Source of the DNA: Rickettsiales bacterium
GTDB lineage: Bacteria > Pseudomonadota > Alphaproteobacteria > Rickettsiales > UBA8987
Length of the DNA: 64,000 bases
Direction of reading: 5' to 3'
Assembly (NCBI GenBank): GCA_020630095.1
Contig: JAHDCD010000005.1
Location: 81,358-145,357 of the forward strand
Shown here: in pieces, positions 8,581 through 18,977 of the stretch
Numbering within the stretch: position 1 is the stretch's first letter
Layout: each line of letters opens with the position of its first letter
Translations under genes and position numbers: made by a program
Notes under the pieces: generated by a model
Databases searched by the model: none
Told to the model about the DNA's origin: nothing
What the model saw: the letters and a program-made list of their open reading frames with translations, nothing else

Positions 8581-11500
8581 CTAGAAGCCGAAGCGTACGC
8601 CAGCATTAGCATCGAAACCTTCTTGGTCACCCATTACTATGTCACCACCAGCGAATAGTTCTAGGCTGTTAGACAGAGTAGCAGCTACTCTACCACCTAA
8701 GAAGTAAGTTAAGATACCATCTTCATCACCTTTGTAGTCCATGAAGCTTTGAGAACCTAAACCAGCAGGTGTACCATCATTTACGAAGTGTGCACCGCCG
8801 TAATTTCTGTCGCCGTTAAGGTCAAAACCAATACCAGCTCTACCTTGTGGAGTTAGGATAAAGTTCTCAGAGAATACCATTGGCTTAGAAAGCTTACCTT
8901 GTAACTTACCATATAAAGATGAAGTCTCAGACTCACCGAATTGTAAGTTAGCACCAGTAGCACCAGTTTCAGCAAAACCATCTAAAGTTACAGTAGTATA
9001 GTCTAATGAACCTTCACCAGTTAATAATAAGCCTCTACCAAGGTCATTCTTTAAACCAGCTGTTACGTTAAGGTTTGAAGTTGAACCTTCATGGTCGGCG
9101 TTAGCAATACCAGAATAAGTACCAAAGTTCATGTTACGAGTAGTGTTATACTCATTATCATATAAACCATATGAAGCACCTACGTATATATTGCCCATAT
9201 CGTAGTTACCATATACACCGTAACCAGTAGTATCTGATTCACCATCTAGATTAAGAACTGAAGTTTCGCCTGATAACATTGCTAAGAATGCACCAACACG
9301 TAATTCGTTATCGTAACCACCCATAATTGGTAAGTCAGCACCAACTACGAAACCAGATGTAGAAGTTTCTTGGTCTAAGTATGGAGAGTGGCCACCGAAG
9401 TCTCTTTCAGACATTAAGTATTTACCCCATACAGCGATACCTTCATCTTCAGTACAGTCACATAATAGACCGCCGTTAGTAGCATCCATAATATTGCCAG
9501 ATACTTGACGAGCTTCGTTTAAGCCTAAAGTTTTGTAACCATCATAAGTTTCAGGTCCAATTTGATCCATTGCATTTAATCTGTCAGCTACAGTTGGCAA
9601 GCCGTTGATCGCCGCAATTGGAATTAATGATGGGTGTGAAGTGTTACCTGGTACGTTAGCATCAAGAACATCATCAATATATTCTAAACCAGCATTTTGG
9701 TTAGGTGTACCACCTGGGTTCGATGCTAAGAAAGAATCAGGAGTGATATTTAAATAGTAGCTATCACCACGGTTTTGCTGCCATAATAATGGCTGACCTG
9801 CCGTTGGAGTAGATAGGTTTAAACTATCAGTAATTGTAGTGAAATCACCAGTAATGCCATTAGCATCATCAATTACTTTCCATTCGAAGCCACCAGCTGA
9901 ATAGTCAGTTGCATTACCATCAATTACTACGTCAATAGTTGAACCAGAAGCAATTGTAGTAGTACCATTTGTTACTGTTACTAGGTCAGCAATATTTTGT
10001 GGATTAACGCCGCCAGTCTGAACTAGCTCTTCAATATCAACATTGTAAGTTGAGCCAGATTGGAAATCTAGGTTACCATTGTTAATGTTTAAGTCACCGT
10101 AAGCTACAGTTGCACCGTTATTACCGGGTTGCAGTATACCACCGCTTTCAACTGTTAAAGTACCGCCATTTAGGTTAATTGCATCTGAGTTAAAGCCATC
10201 AGATTCAAGGATACCACCGTTTTCAACGTTCAACCCGTTAGTAGTGATTGTATTAACACCACCAGTTGTTTGCATTGAAACTCTACCAGAAACAATATCA
10301 AATTGTTCAGTAGTAATTGGAGCAAATACTTCTAAATCGTTAGTAGCAGTTGTAGCATTCGTATCTGCATTAATTAGATTAGTTGGGAATGCAGCATTAA
10401 TATCTGAAGGATTAGTTGGAAGGGCTGTATTATTTAATGTGCCGTCAACATCTACAGTTACTAATTCGAAGTCTGTTACAGTTTGCGTTAAGTTAATGTT
10501 ACCATCTGTGAAGATAATTTCATCGCCGTTAGCCACTGTATCACTACCTGTAATAGCTGCAGTTGGTGCATTTTCATCACCACCATCAATAGTACCGCCA
10601 GTTGGTAAGCCAATGCCACCAGTAATGATTACTGTATCGTCATCAACGCCTGTTTCAACGTTACCAAGTAATGTACCGCCACTTAGAACTACTAAGTCAT
10701 CATCTGTAGTTGTAGTAGAAGCAACACCTGGTGTAATATTATTCACTGTACCGCCAGTAACAATTACAGCATCGTCATCGATACCTGTTGTAATGTCGTC
10801 TACAATACCACCAGTAATAGTTGCAACGTCAACGTCAGTGCCAGAAGCACCAAGGTCTGCAGTTGTAGGAATACCTAGTTCAATATCACCAATTTGACCA
10901 CCAGTTACTAGGGCTGTATCGTCGTCAGTACCAGTTTCAATGTCTTCATTGTTAGTACCACCAGCAACAATAACAGTATCTACGTCTGATGTAGAGCCTG
11001 GAGAAGTTAAGCTAATAGTTTCAATAACTGTACCGCCATTACCATCAGGAGAGCCAATAGTACCGCCGTTAATAATTAAAGTATCGTCACCACCAGAAAG
11101 TAAGATATCACCTAAGATTTCTGCACCTGGATTAATTGTAACGATTTCGTTTGAATTTGTTGGTGTGCCATTTTCAGTTTGAGCATCAATTGCGATACCT
11201 TCACCTGGGTTTGAAGTACCTGGAGAAGTGTTACCTGGAATTAAAGTTCCTGAAACAGTTAATGTATTTGTACCAGTTCCGTTATGGAAATCAATTGCAT
11301 CATCAACTGTTGATTCAACCACAGCACCAGGGCCAATATCAATTGTATTTCCAGAGTTAAGTACGGTAATACCATCACCATCATCATTTATTACTTCACC
11401 ATCAATATCTAAGCCTTCAGAAGTTTGATCAAGAACTGCACCACATGGAGCAGAACCACCGGCGCCTACAGCACCAGTACCTGAAGTAACAGTTAAAGTA

Positions 11501-12315
11501 TCACAACCATTGATTGGGCCTTCTAGGTTAACAGTGTTACCTGCGCCAGCATCAATAATAATATTTTCCCAGTTTCTTAATTCTGCAGTAACTGTACCTG
11601 TACCTTGGAAAGTAAGATCGTCACCTGCGGTAGTGTTAACACCACCATCATATACTGGAGCAAATGTACCAGTTGATGTATCTAAAGTAATACCAGAAAG
11701 GTTAAATACTGCATCATCATCGCCTGCGCCAGTATCAATATCACCTAGGAATGTACCTGAATTGAATGTTAGAACATCAATATCTGCACCTGTGAAGATA
11801 TCATCATTCATAGTACCACCATTAAAAGTAACGATATCTGCGCCGCCTTCTAGGTCAATATCACCTGTGATATTTGAACCTGTATTAAATAACACAGTTT
11901 CAGCGCCAGAGCCACCATCGATCGCTGTTAACGGAGCACCACCGTTCGTGCCTTGGATAGTACCATTTAAATTTATTATATTAGCAGATGAATTTGGATC
12001 TAAAGAGATCGCATCTGCTGTACCGGTAGTAATGCTACCGTTTAAATTAACAGTATTACCACCTGAACCATGAAGTTCGATTACGTTTGTACCATCATTT
12101 CTGGATACATCCACGCCGCTATCTATATTTAGCGTAATCGAATTCGATGTTGTTGAGAAGCCGTCAGTATCAGTTGCGGAACATGTTACAGTGCTCCCTG
12201 ATGTTGCAGAATCTGGAGTACATTGTGCCAAAGCATTTGTGCTGGCACTAGTACTGCATAATAATGCTAATACGGCTAAAGTTGACTTTCTTACAAAATT
12301 TTTCGTTACGTTCAT
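8581..12315 (-). CDS. Autotransporter (type Va) with about 950-aa Gly/Thr/Asp-rich beta-helix-like passenger
   Basis: Signal peptide. The passenger repeats TG.DDD...TGG-type units. The C-terminal region of about 280 aa has alternating beta-strand patterns and ends in GVRFGF (terminal aromatic). Confidence 0.85.
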   Translation of the reverse strand: MNVTKNFVRKSTLAVLALLCSTSASTNALAQCTPDSATSGSTVTCSATDTDGFSTTSNSITLNIDSGVDVSRNDGTNVIELHGSGGNTVNLNGSITTGTADAISLDPNSSANIINLNGTIQGTNGGAPLTAIDGGSGAETVLFNTGSNITGDIDLEGGADIVTFNGGTMNDDIFTGADIDVLTFNSGTFLGDIDTGAGDDDAVFNLSGITLDTSTGTFAPVYDGGVNTTAGDDLTFQGTGTVTAELRNWENIIIDAGAGNTVNLEGPINGCDTLTVTSGTGAVGAGGSAPCGAVLDQTSEGLDIDGEVINDDGDGITVLNSGNTIDIGPGAVVESTVDDAIDFHNGTGTNTLTVSGTLIPGNTSPGTSNPGEGIAIDAQTENGTPTNSNEIVTINPGAEILGDILLSGGDDTLIINGGTIGSPDGNGGTVIETISLTSPGSTSDVDTVIVAGGTNNEDIETGTDDDTALVTGGQIGDIELGIPTTADLGASGTDVDVATITGGIVDDITTGIDDDAVIVTGGTVNNITPGVASTTTTDDDLVVLSGGTLLGNVETGVDDDTVIITGGIGLPTGGTIDGGDENAPTAAITGSDTVANGDEIIFTDGNINLTQTVTDFELVTVDVDGTLNNTALPTNPSDINAAFPTNLINADTNATTATNDLEVFAPITTEQFDIVSGRVSMQTTGGVNTITTNGLNVENGGILESDGFNSDAINLNGGTLTVESGGILQPGNNGATVAYGDLNINNGNLDFQSGSTYNVDIEELVQTGGVNPQNIADLVTVTNGTTTIASGSTIDVVIDGNATDYSAGGFEWKVIDDANGITGDFTTITDSLNLSTPTAGQPLLWQQNRGDSYYLNITPDSFLASNPGGTPNQNAGLEYIDDVLDANVPGNTSHPSLIPIAAINGLPTVADRLNAMDQIGPETYDGYKTLGLNEARQVSGNIMDATNGGLLCDCTEDEGIAVWGKYLMSERDFGGHSPYLDQETSTSGFVVGADLPIMGGYDNELRVGAFLAMLSGETSVLNLDGESDTTGYGVYGNYDMGNIYVGASYGLYDNEYNTTRNMNFGTYSGIANADHEGSTSNLNVTAGLKNDLGRGLLLTGEGSLDYTTVTLDGFAETGATGANLQFGESETSSLYGKLQGKLSKPMVFSENFILTPQGRAGIGFDLNGDRNYGGAHFVNDGTPAGLGSQSFMDYKGDEDGILTYFLGGRVAATLSNSLELFAGGDIVMGDQEGFDANAGVRFGF

Positions 12316-12651
12316 ATTAAACTCACATTTACAATCTACTCTTTCAGTTATAGCTATACTTAGTTAAGAAAGTGTTAAAGATTTTAAGTTTTTTAGTTAT
12401 TTTACTATTTTTATTTAATCAGAGCCTACTCATTACCCTGAAGTTTGGAGTTAGTAATTTGCAATTTTAACTACAAGTTGAGGCGATATAGCATAAAATT
12501 TAGGGTGGAACAAGTGCTAAAGTGTAATTAATGGCGGTTTTCTGCCATTTTAACTAAATATTAACCTTTTAAATGTGTTTTTTATAATTTTCACTCTTCC
12601 GCGGATGTATTATATCTAAATATATTAGGCTTCTATTTAATATTAGTTAAA

Positions 12652-13809
12652 ATGAAGCTTTTCAGAAAAGGATTACAGAGAAATGAAACTAAAGCATATT
12701 CGGGTTTTGGCTCGATAGTGCAGAATATTAACTCGGCAAAGTGGGGTGTTAGAAACTATTCCGCATTTGCAGATGAGGCATATAGGAAGAATGTAATAGC
12801 GAATAGATGCATTAATTTGATTGCTACTTCCATTGCAGGAGTTGAACTAAAACTTAGTTCAAAGGAGTTAAATAATGATCAATTATTATCACATCCACTA
12901 ACTAGGATTTTAAAGAAGCCTAATAATAATGACAATATAAAGGAGTTTATTGAACGCTTAACGGCATATAAGTTATTATCGGGTAATGCATATATATGTG
13001 CAGTTAGGAATGGCGAAGGTAGAATTTGGGAGCTTGTAGCGCTTAGACCAGATAGGGTTCAGATAGAAGAAAATGCGCGTGGAAATAGAACCTATATATA
13101 TAATAGTGGTTCTAAAGGTACTTCGCGTAAGTTTTCAGCGCAAGATATTTTGCACTTAAAATCATTTTCACCGACTGATGAAATATATGGAATGAGTTCG
13201 CTTGAAGCGGCATCTTATGCCATAGATCAGCATAATCAGGCGGGCGCATGGAATCAGGCATTGTTACAAAATGGTGCAAAACCTTCTGGTGCATTAGTAG
13301 TAAAAGCTAGTGATGGTGGATATGCAGAACTTTCAGAAGAGCAGTTTGAACGCATGAAAGCTCAAATAGAGGAGCAGTTTACAGGATCTATTAATGCAGG
13401 TCGTCCATTATTGCTTGAAGGTGGCCTAGATTGGAAGGAGATGAGCTTATCGCCAAAAGATATGGATTTCATAGAATCTAAGAATAGTTCGGCACGGGAT
13501 ATTGCGCTTGCCTTTGGTGTGCCACCACAAATGTTGGGCATTCCGGGGGACAACACCTATTCTAACTTAATTGAAGCGCGTATGGGTTTATGGGAGCAAA
13601 CTTTACTACCTATGTTAGATAATGTGGTTACTGCGCTTAATAATTGGCTAGTTGCTGAATATGATATTAATGGCGAGCTGGGCTTGAAAATATCTTATGA
13701 TGCAGATTCTATTACTGCCCTTGCACCTAGGCGTGAGGCTTTATGGAAAAGAATTAATGATGCAAACTTCTTAACAGATCAAGAAAAGAAGCAGATGCTA
13801 GGGTTATAA
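12652..13809 (+). CDS. Phage portal protein, HK97 / gene-transfer-agent type (orphan)
   Basis: 385 aa containing GMSSLEAA, NAGRPLLLEGGLDWKEMSLSPKDMDFIESKN and IALAFGVPPQMLGIPGDNTY, typical of HK97-family/GTA portals. Confidence 0.9.
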   Translation: MKLFRKGLQRNETKAYSGFGSIVQNINSAKWGVRNYSAFADEAYRKNVIANRCINLIATSIAGVELKLSSKELNNDQLLSHPLTRILKKPNNNDNIKEFIERLTAYKLLSGNAYICAVRNGEGRIWELVALRPDRVQIEENARGNRTYIYNSGSKGTSRKFSAQDILHLKSFSPTDEIYGMSSLEAASYAIDQHNQAGAWNQALLQNGAKPSGALVVKASDGGYAELSEEQFERMKAQIEEQFTGSINAGRPLLLEGGLDWKEMSLSPKDMDFIESKNSSARDIALAFGVPPQMLGIPGDNTYSNLIEARMGLWEQTLLPMLDNVVTALNNWLVAEYDINGELGLKISYDADSITALAPRREALWKRINDANFLTDQEKKQMLGL

Positions 13810-14253
13810 AATTCTCTGAAAGTATTTTAGTTTAATTGCTTCTTGGGCGGCGATATCATAATCTTGCTTATTTAGATGGTTACCTAGTTTTTTGGTAATA
13901 TGGGCGATTTCAGAGTTAATATTATTGATAATCGCTGTTTTATCTTCCGCTTCCATTAAGGACTCACGAATTTCCATTACTTGCACTAAAGTTTCATGGT
14001 CTACTTTTATGCCACCTTCTTCGATTGTGAGGTCTATGCCGTTAAGTAGTAGAATGTGTTCAGCACGTTTATAATTATCTTTTAAGGTAATATAGGCATT
14101 GTTTATATCTGCCGAGAAAGAGATTTTCTTGATATCATTGCCAACTTTATCAGGGTGGTACTCTAGCTGAAGCTGGAGATATTTATTTTCAATATCATTT
14201 ACATCGACCTCAAACTCTAATGGAAGGCTAAAAATTTCAAAAAAATTAATCAT
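13804..14253 (-). CDS. hscB: Fe-S cluster co-chaperone HscB-like J-domain protein
   Basis: N-terminal J-like domain with HPDK (LQLEYHPDK), and a C-terminal helical bundle pattern as in HscB. Confidence 0.75.
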   Translation of the reverse strand: MINFFEIFSLPLEFEVDVNDIENKYLQLQLEYHPDKVGNDIKKISFSADINNAYITLKDNYKRAEHILLLNGIDLTIEEGGIKVDHETLVQVMEIRESLMEAEDKTAIINNINSEIAHITKKLGNHLNKQDYDIAAQEAIKLKYFQRIL

Positions 14254-15131
14254 TACTTTTTATTACTTTGAAACCTTTTAAGCATTGCATCGGGGATTTT
14301 GGGGATATTAGGCTTTTTTGCTCCGATACATTCATCTAAGGTGTCGCAGAATTTATCTAGTGAAACAGTGGCTAAGCCTTTGCCGGTATCTGCCGTTATA
14401 ATAACAGGCCAAAGCATTTCATCTTGAGTTAAGTATAAAGTTACGGGTGCTTCACCCTTTTTAAAGCGACGTATTTCGCTTTCTTTAAAGCCTGAAACTG
14501 GAATTCTAGTTGCCATAACCTTGTGAAGCTTTTGGAAGTAGCCATTATAATTCATATTTTCTTCGCCTACGTAATCTACTTGAATGTCGAAGCGTTGCTT
14601 TCCAGTGTAAGCTGGTATTTTCCAACCTTTGTTGCCACCTTTTATAGATTCTCTAATTAATTCACGGCCAAGTACAATGGCACTTACAGGATCAATGGTG
14701 CGCTTTTTATCTGCATCTTCAACCTTTGGACGCTTCTTGTAGTTATTAGGTGGAAAGATATCTTCTTTATCAGGAGAGCCATTTTTGTACCAAATGTGAG
14801 TTGAATGTTCTTTATCCTTTTTAGCGTAGTAGAACTCATATTTTAAAGGTGCTATTTTAGTACCTTTTTTAAGACCTTCAGTTTTTACTTCAGCTCCAAT
14901 ATTAAAAAATAAAGATGCTAACCCGCCAGCTTTTAATCTAGAATATAAAAGATATTGTTCGCCGCGCTCATGGTATGCGGTGTATATATTGCCTACAAAT
15001 AGCCCTCTAAAATACATGCCGTAGCGAGATGCTATTGTTTCTGTTTCGCTTTTGGCCTTTTCTTCAGATGCCATAGTAGGAGCAGATATAAGCAGTATAA
15101 TGGTAGCAAGTATTTGAAGTGTTTTTCTCAT
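14253..15131 (-). CDS. Secreted protein of unknown function
   Basis: The ATG at 15131 gives the signal peptide MRKTLQILATIILLISAPTMA. The ORF track start at 15161 is less likely. Confidence 0.5.
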   Translation of the reverse strand: MRKTLQILATIILLISAPTMASEEKAKSETETIASRYGMYFRGLFVGNIYTAYHERGEQYLLYSRLKAGGLASLFFNIGAEVKTEGLKKGTKIAPLKYEFYYAKKDKEHSTHIWYKNGSPDKEDIFPPNNYKKRPKVEDADKKRTIDPVSAIVLGRELIRESIKGGNKGWKIPAYTGKQRFDIQVDYVGEENMNYNGYFQKLHKVMATRIPVSGFKESEIRRFKKGEAPVTLYLTQDEMLWPVIITADTGKGLATVSLDKFCDTLDECIGAKKPNIPKIPDAMLKRFQSNKK

Positions 15132-15270
15132 TTTCTTCTTATTTTTACAGTTACTTATCAATTATTCCTTCTATTGAGGCAATAAATTTCATTTTAGGGG
15201 TTGCATTATAGTTCCAAATTTGTAAAAATATGCACATAAACAGTAGTTCTACGTATTTGGAATTATAAAA

Positions 15271-15510
15271 ATGAGAGTTAATTTAAAATATTTTATTTGT
15301 TTAGTATCTTTAGTAGCAAGCATGTTATTTGCAAGTGAAGCTTCGGCTAGGTCTTCTTATAACGGCTATATTCAAACTGCTTTTGATAGAGATTTCATGG
15401 CTTGTAGCAACTTAGCTAGGCAGAAGTCAGTTGGTCGTTCAGATGCATTATACCTAGGTTATTTCTATGGTTGTATGATGAGCATGGGCCACGACACTTC
15501 TATGCTATAG
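15271..15510 (+). CDS. Small secreted protein of unknown function
   Basis: 79 aa with signal peptide (LVSLVASMLFASEASA). Confidence 0.35.
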   Translation: MRVNLKYFICLVSLVASMLFASEASARSSYNGYIQTAFDRDFMACSNLARQKSVGRSDALYLGYFYGCMMSMGHDTSML

Positions 15511-15546
15511 AATAGAAGTATAAGTTTAAAAAACTACTACGCTTGT

Positions 15547-16326
15547 TTAGTGCTTTTTTATTCTTGAGTTTATCCCTTCAGTTTTTAAATATTGTTTAAC
15601 TTCGGGTACTGTAAATTTTCCAAAGTGGAATACTGATGCTGCCAGTAGCGCATCTGATTTTCCTAATGTTACACCTTCTTTAAAATGTTCTAGTTCACCA
15701 ACACCACCAGAGGCTATTACAGGAATATTAACGGCATCAGCGATAGCTGAATTTAGTTCATTATTATAGCCATCTTTTGTGCCGTCTTTATCCATTGAGG
15801 TAACTAGCAATTCGCCAGCGCCATAATTTTCGGCAAGTTTGGCATATTCTATTGCATCAATGCCAGTCTCTTCACGACCGCCATGGGTATAAATTTCAAA
15901 CTTTCCGGTTTCTTTATTTCGTTTAGCATCAATGGCAATTACTATGCATTGTGAACCAAACTTTTGTGAGGATTCTTTTATGAAGTCATGGTTCTTAACT
16001 GCGGCAGAATTTATAGATACTTTATCTGCGCCGGCTTTTAATAGATTAGAAATATCTTGCAGGTTTTTAATGCCACCACCAACTGTTAGTGGAATAAAGC
16101 AAACTGAGGCAACTTGGCTTACAACATCCAAAATAGTTCCTCTATTTTCTACGGATGCGGTAATGTCCAAAAAGCATAATTCATCTGCGCCTGCATCCGA
16201 GTAGATTTTAGCTTGCGCAACTGGGTCACCAGCATCAATAAGGTCAACGAAGTTAACGCCTTTTACCACTCGGCCATTTTCAACGTCTAAGCATGGAATG
16301 ATACGTATTTTTAAATTGTTTTTCAT
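15547..16326 (-). CDS. hisF: Imidazole glycerol phosphate synthase cyclase subunit
   Basis: [17 protein letters not shown] and the full (beta/alpha)8 HisF pattern. Confidence 0.93.
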   Translation of the reverse strand: MKNNLKIRIIPCLDVENGRVVKGVNFVDLIDAGDPVAQAKIYSDAGADELCFLDITASVENRGTILDVVSQVASVCFIPLTVGGGIKNLQDISNLLKAGADKVSINSAAVKNHDFIKESSQKFGSQCIVIAIDAKRNKETGKFEIYTHGGREETGIDAIEYAKLAENYGAGELLVTSMDKDGTKDGYNNELNSAIADAVNIPVIASGGVGELEHFKEGVTLGKSDALLAASVFHFGKFTVPEVKQYLKTEGINSRIKKH

Positions 16327-16919
16327 ACTGCTTTTCGGGCATTAAAGGCGAAGCCGATGGTTGAGTTATCTAAATATTCTAGTTCACCGCCGATAGGTAG
16401 CCCGTGCGCTAGGCGCGTGATATTTATATTATAATCTTCTAAAATATCAGAAATATAATGGGCGGTGGTTTCGCCTTCTATAGTGGCATTTGTTGCTAAG
16501 ATTACTTCGGTAACTTGACCTTTATTCATTATCGATTTTAGGCCGTTAATTCTAAGGTTATCGGGTGTTATGCCATCTATTGCGGAAAGTACGCCGCCAA
16601 GCACTAAATACTTGCCAGAGAATGATGCAGATTCTTCAATTGCCCATAAGTCGGCTACAGTTTCTACGATACATAAAACGCTGGAATCGCGCTTTTCATT
16701 TGCGCAGATTGGACAGGTTTCGTATTCAGAAATATTACCGCATGTGGAGCAATTTTTAACTTCTTCTGCGGCATTTGATAGCGCCTTTGAAAGCATTGTT
16801 ATTTCATCACGAGAGCCAGAATTAAGTAAGTGTAGCGCGATGCGTTTTGCACTGCGCTTTCCTAAGCTAGGTAGCTTAGATATGCGCTGAATTAGATTAT
16901 CTATAAGGTTCTCGTTCAT
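16323..16919 (-). CDS. recR: Recombination protein RecR
   Basis: [15 protein letters not shown] HhH segment, C4 zinc finger (CSTCGN..CPIC) and Toprim region. Confidence 0.93.
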   Translation of the reverse strand: MNENLIDNLIQRISKLPSLGKRSAKRIALHLLNSGSRDEITMLSKALSNAAEEVKNCSTCGNISEYETCPICANEKRDSSVLCIVETVADLWAIEESASFSGKYLVLGGVLSAIDGITPDNLRINGLKSIMNKGQVTEVILATNATIEGETTAHYISDILEDYNINITRLAHGLPIGGELEYLDNSTIGFAFNARKAV

Positions 16920-17719
16920 TAACTAGGGCGGTAGGCTTTTTTGAATAGATTGAAGAAATTATCAGTAGTCATTTTTTCAATTAATTCATAATCAAATTCT
17001 TTTAAGTCAGCTAGAAACTCTGCCGTGTGGCGCGTATATGCGGGTTGATTTACTTTCCCACGATGCGGTGCAGGCGCTAGGTACGGAGCATCTGTTTCTA
17101 CTAGAACTCTATCTAGCGGGAGCCATTTTGCGGTGGCTTGAATTTCTTTAGCATTTTTGAAAGTTAAAATTCCAGAAAGCGAGATATATCCGCCAAGTTC
17201 TATAGCCTGTTCGGCCAGCCAATCGGTTGATGTAAAGCAGTGAATTAAGAACGGAAAAGGTTGTTCTTGTGAGTGCTCTTTAATAATGGCAATGGTATCT
17301 TCTTCAGCATCACGAGTATGTACAATTACCGGCAACCCTGTTTCTTGTGAGGCTAATATATGTTCTCTAAAACTTTGTTGTTGTAGGTCTTTATGAGCAA
17401 TATTTTCTTCGCGGTAATAGTCTAAACCAGTTTCGCCTAGTCCGATGCATTTATTGGATGAATTAGCGAGTGCGATTAGTTGTTCTGCGGTAACCGGTTG
17501 GTATTGTTCATCGTCTTGAACATGGCATGGGTGAATGCCGACAGAACAGAAAATTTGTGGGTTAGTTTCTGCGATTCTTTTTATATTAGGAAATTCAGAT
17601 AATTTAACGCAGATAGTTTGTAGAAGTTTAACGTTATTATCGTTAGCGGTTTTTAAAACTTCATCAAGTTTACCTTCAAATTCGGGGTAGTTTAAATGAC
17701 AATGTGAATCTACTAACAT
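16919..17719 (-). CDS. tatD: TatD family metal-dependent hydrolase
   Basis: N-terminal DSHCHL motif and conserved His/Asp pattern. Confidence 0.9.
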   Translation of the reverse strand: MLVDSHCHLNYPEFEGKLDEVLKTANDNNVKLLQTICVKLSEFPNIKRIAETNPQIFCSVGIHPCHVQDDEQYQPVTAEQLIALANSSNKCIGLGETGLDYYREENIAHKDLQQQSFREHILASQETGLPVIVHTRDAEEDTIAIIKEHSQEQPFPFLIHCFTSTDWLAEQAIELGGYISLSGILTFKNAKEIQATAKWLPLDRVLVETDAPYLAPAPHRGKVNQPAYTRHTAEFLADLKEFDYELIEKMTTDNFFNLFKKAYRPS

Positions 17720-17750
17720 AGTGATCCTAGGATAGTTATATAAATTGAAA

Positions 17751-18404
17751 TTACCAGCCCATTACGCCACCTAATGCAGGTGATCCAAATACATTAGATC
17801 CAGCACCGGTAACATCTGCCATAGAGCTTTGAGTTTCAAACATTGCTGCACCCCAATTACCACCTGTAATGTTCCAGTCCATTACGCCACCAGAGTTCCA
17901 TAATGAATCAGCATCAGCACCTGGAATTGAGAAGCCATTGGTACCTGGCATAAATTCTACACCTTCACCGGTTTGTGTTTCATTTCTGTATGAATTTTGA
18001 GTAAAAGGTGATGAGAAGCCAGCGTTTAAGCCTTGAGCTACATTTAGTGGGTCATTATTAGAAATTGCATGGCTATTAAATTGGAATAGACCAAACATAT
18101 TATGACGTGAGGCATGGTGACGACAGAAATTATATGAATCTATCCAAATACGATCATATAATTTACTCTCAGAATATTTTGGATCACGAGTAATTTTATG
18201 AATTGAACGATCAATATCGTTACCATAAGTGGCTAAACCAGTTTGACAACCATCAGCATAAGCTTTCTGGTAGATAGGATTATCATTCCCAGTCTCTAAA
18301 CCCATCAAAGTAGCGCCACCTTTTGTATCATCGTACACGTATGAACAGGCAGAGCCTATAAAGCTTAGCGCTATAATTGATAATATTTTAATTAATTTAT
18401 TCAT
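17751..18404 (-). CDS. Lipoprotein, paralog family member 1 (with Gly-rich C-terminal extension)
   Basis: Lipobox (FIGSAC). Shares the DGCQTG ... C motif pair with the four downstream paralogs. Confidence 0.6.
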   Translation of the reverse strand: MNKLIKILSIIALSFIGSACSYVYDDTKGGATLMGLETGNDNPIYQKAYADGCQTGLATYGNDIDRSIHKITRDPKYSESKLYDRIWIDSYNFCRHHASRHNMFGLFQFNSHAISNNDPLNVAQGLNAGFSSPFTQNSYRNETQTGEGVEFMPGTNGFSIPGADADSLWNSGGVMDWNITGGNWGAAMFETQSSMADVTGAGSNVFGSPALGGVMGW

Positions 18405-18441
18405 TTCTTATTTTCAGTATAACATAAAACTGTGTTTTTTC

Positions 18442-18828
18442 CTAATATGAGGTCCAATTATATACATGATAACGGCAATATGTGTATGCGTCTTTCCAAG
18501 CTCTGTAATAGTCTAAGTTATTGATTAACTTAGGATCTTGGTAAAATTTATAGGCATTTTTATATACCGAGTTACCATATGCGTTTAGTCCTGTTTCACA
18601 GCCATGAGTCCAGCCTTTCTCATATTCTGGGCTATAGTTTTCAAAGTTTGGTTTATTTAAACTCTTTGGTTTAGGTGAAATGCCTAGAATCTGTTTCCAG
18701 CTTAAATTACGTGAGTTTGTTTCACTTTGCCATTTAAGCATGTTTGAAAATTCACCACCACAAGAAGTAAGGGCAAAACTTATTAAACATATTTGTAATA
18801 AACGTTTCAAATTTATGATCCGCATCAT
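18442..18828 (-). CDS. Lipoprotein, paralog family member 2
   Basis: The ATG at 18828 is preceded by AGGTGG. Lipobox LTSC. Motifs GWTHGCETG and YYRAWKDAYTYC. Confidence 0.6.
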   Translation of the reverse strand: MMRIINLKRLLQICLISFALTSCGGEFSNMLKWQSETNSRNLSWKQILGISPKPKSLNKPNFENYSPEYEKGWTHGCETGLNAYGNSVYKNAYKFYQDPKLINNLDYYRAWKDAYTYCRYHVYNWTSY

Positions 18829-18900
18829 CCACCTGTAATAGATGGATGACAAAGGGAGGTTAATATAAATTCTAGTCTAGAAGGTTAATCCTTTTTCTTA

Positions 18901-18969
18901 TGTAAAATTGCCTAAGCAATTTTACATATATTCGCTACGTGGTGCAAAGCCAACTCAAGTTGGCTTTGA
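18901..18969. repeat. Bipartite-hairpin intergenic element, copy 1
   Basis: TGTAAAATTGC/GCAATTTTACA hairpin, then CGCTACG core, then AAAGCCAACT/AGTTGGCTTT hairpin. It is flanked by the 14-bp direct repeat CTAGAAGGTTAATC (18877 and 18978). Confidence 0.75.
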
Positions 18970-18977
18970 GAGATTAA

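Noticed and set aside
10244-12073. Several long plus-strand ORFs (10244-10897, 10940-11182, 11151-11360, 11228-11428, 11510-12073) lie opposite the autotransporter gene.
   Set aside because: They are Pro/Ser/Val-rich mirror-image frames of a low-complexity Gly/Thr/Asp-rich coding region. They have no start context or motifs, and the minus-strand autotransporter explains the whole interval.
12416-12428. The 13-mer TAATCAGAGCCTA is shared with 26460-26472, considered as another dispersed motif.
   Set aside because: An isolated 13-mer match between two sites in a 64-kb AT-rich window is within chance expectation, and there is no extended similarity around it.
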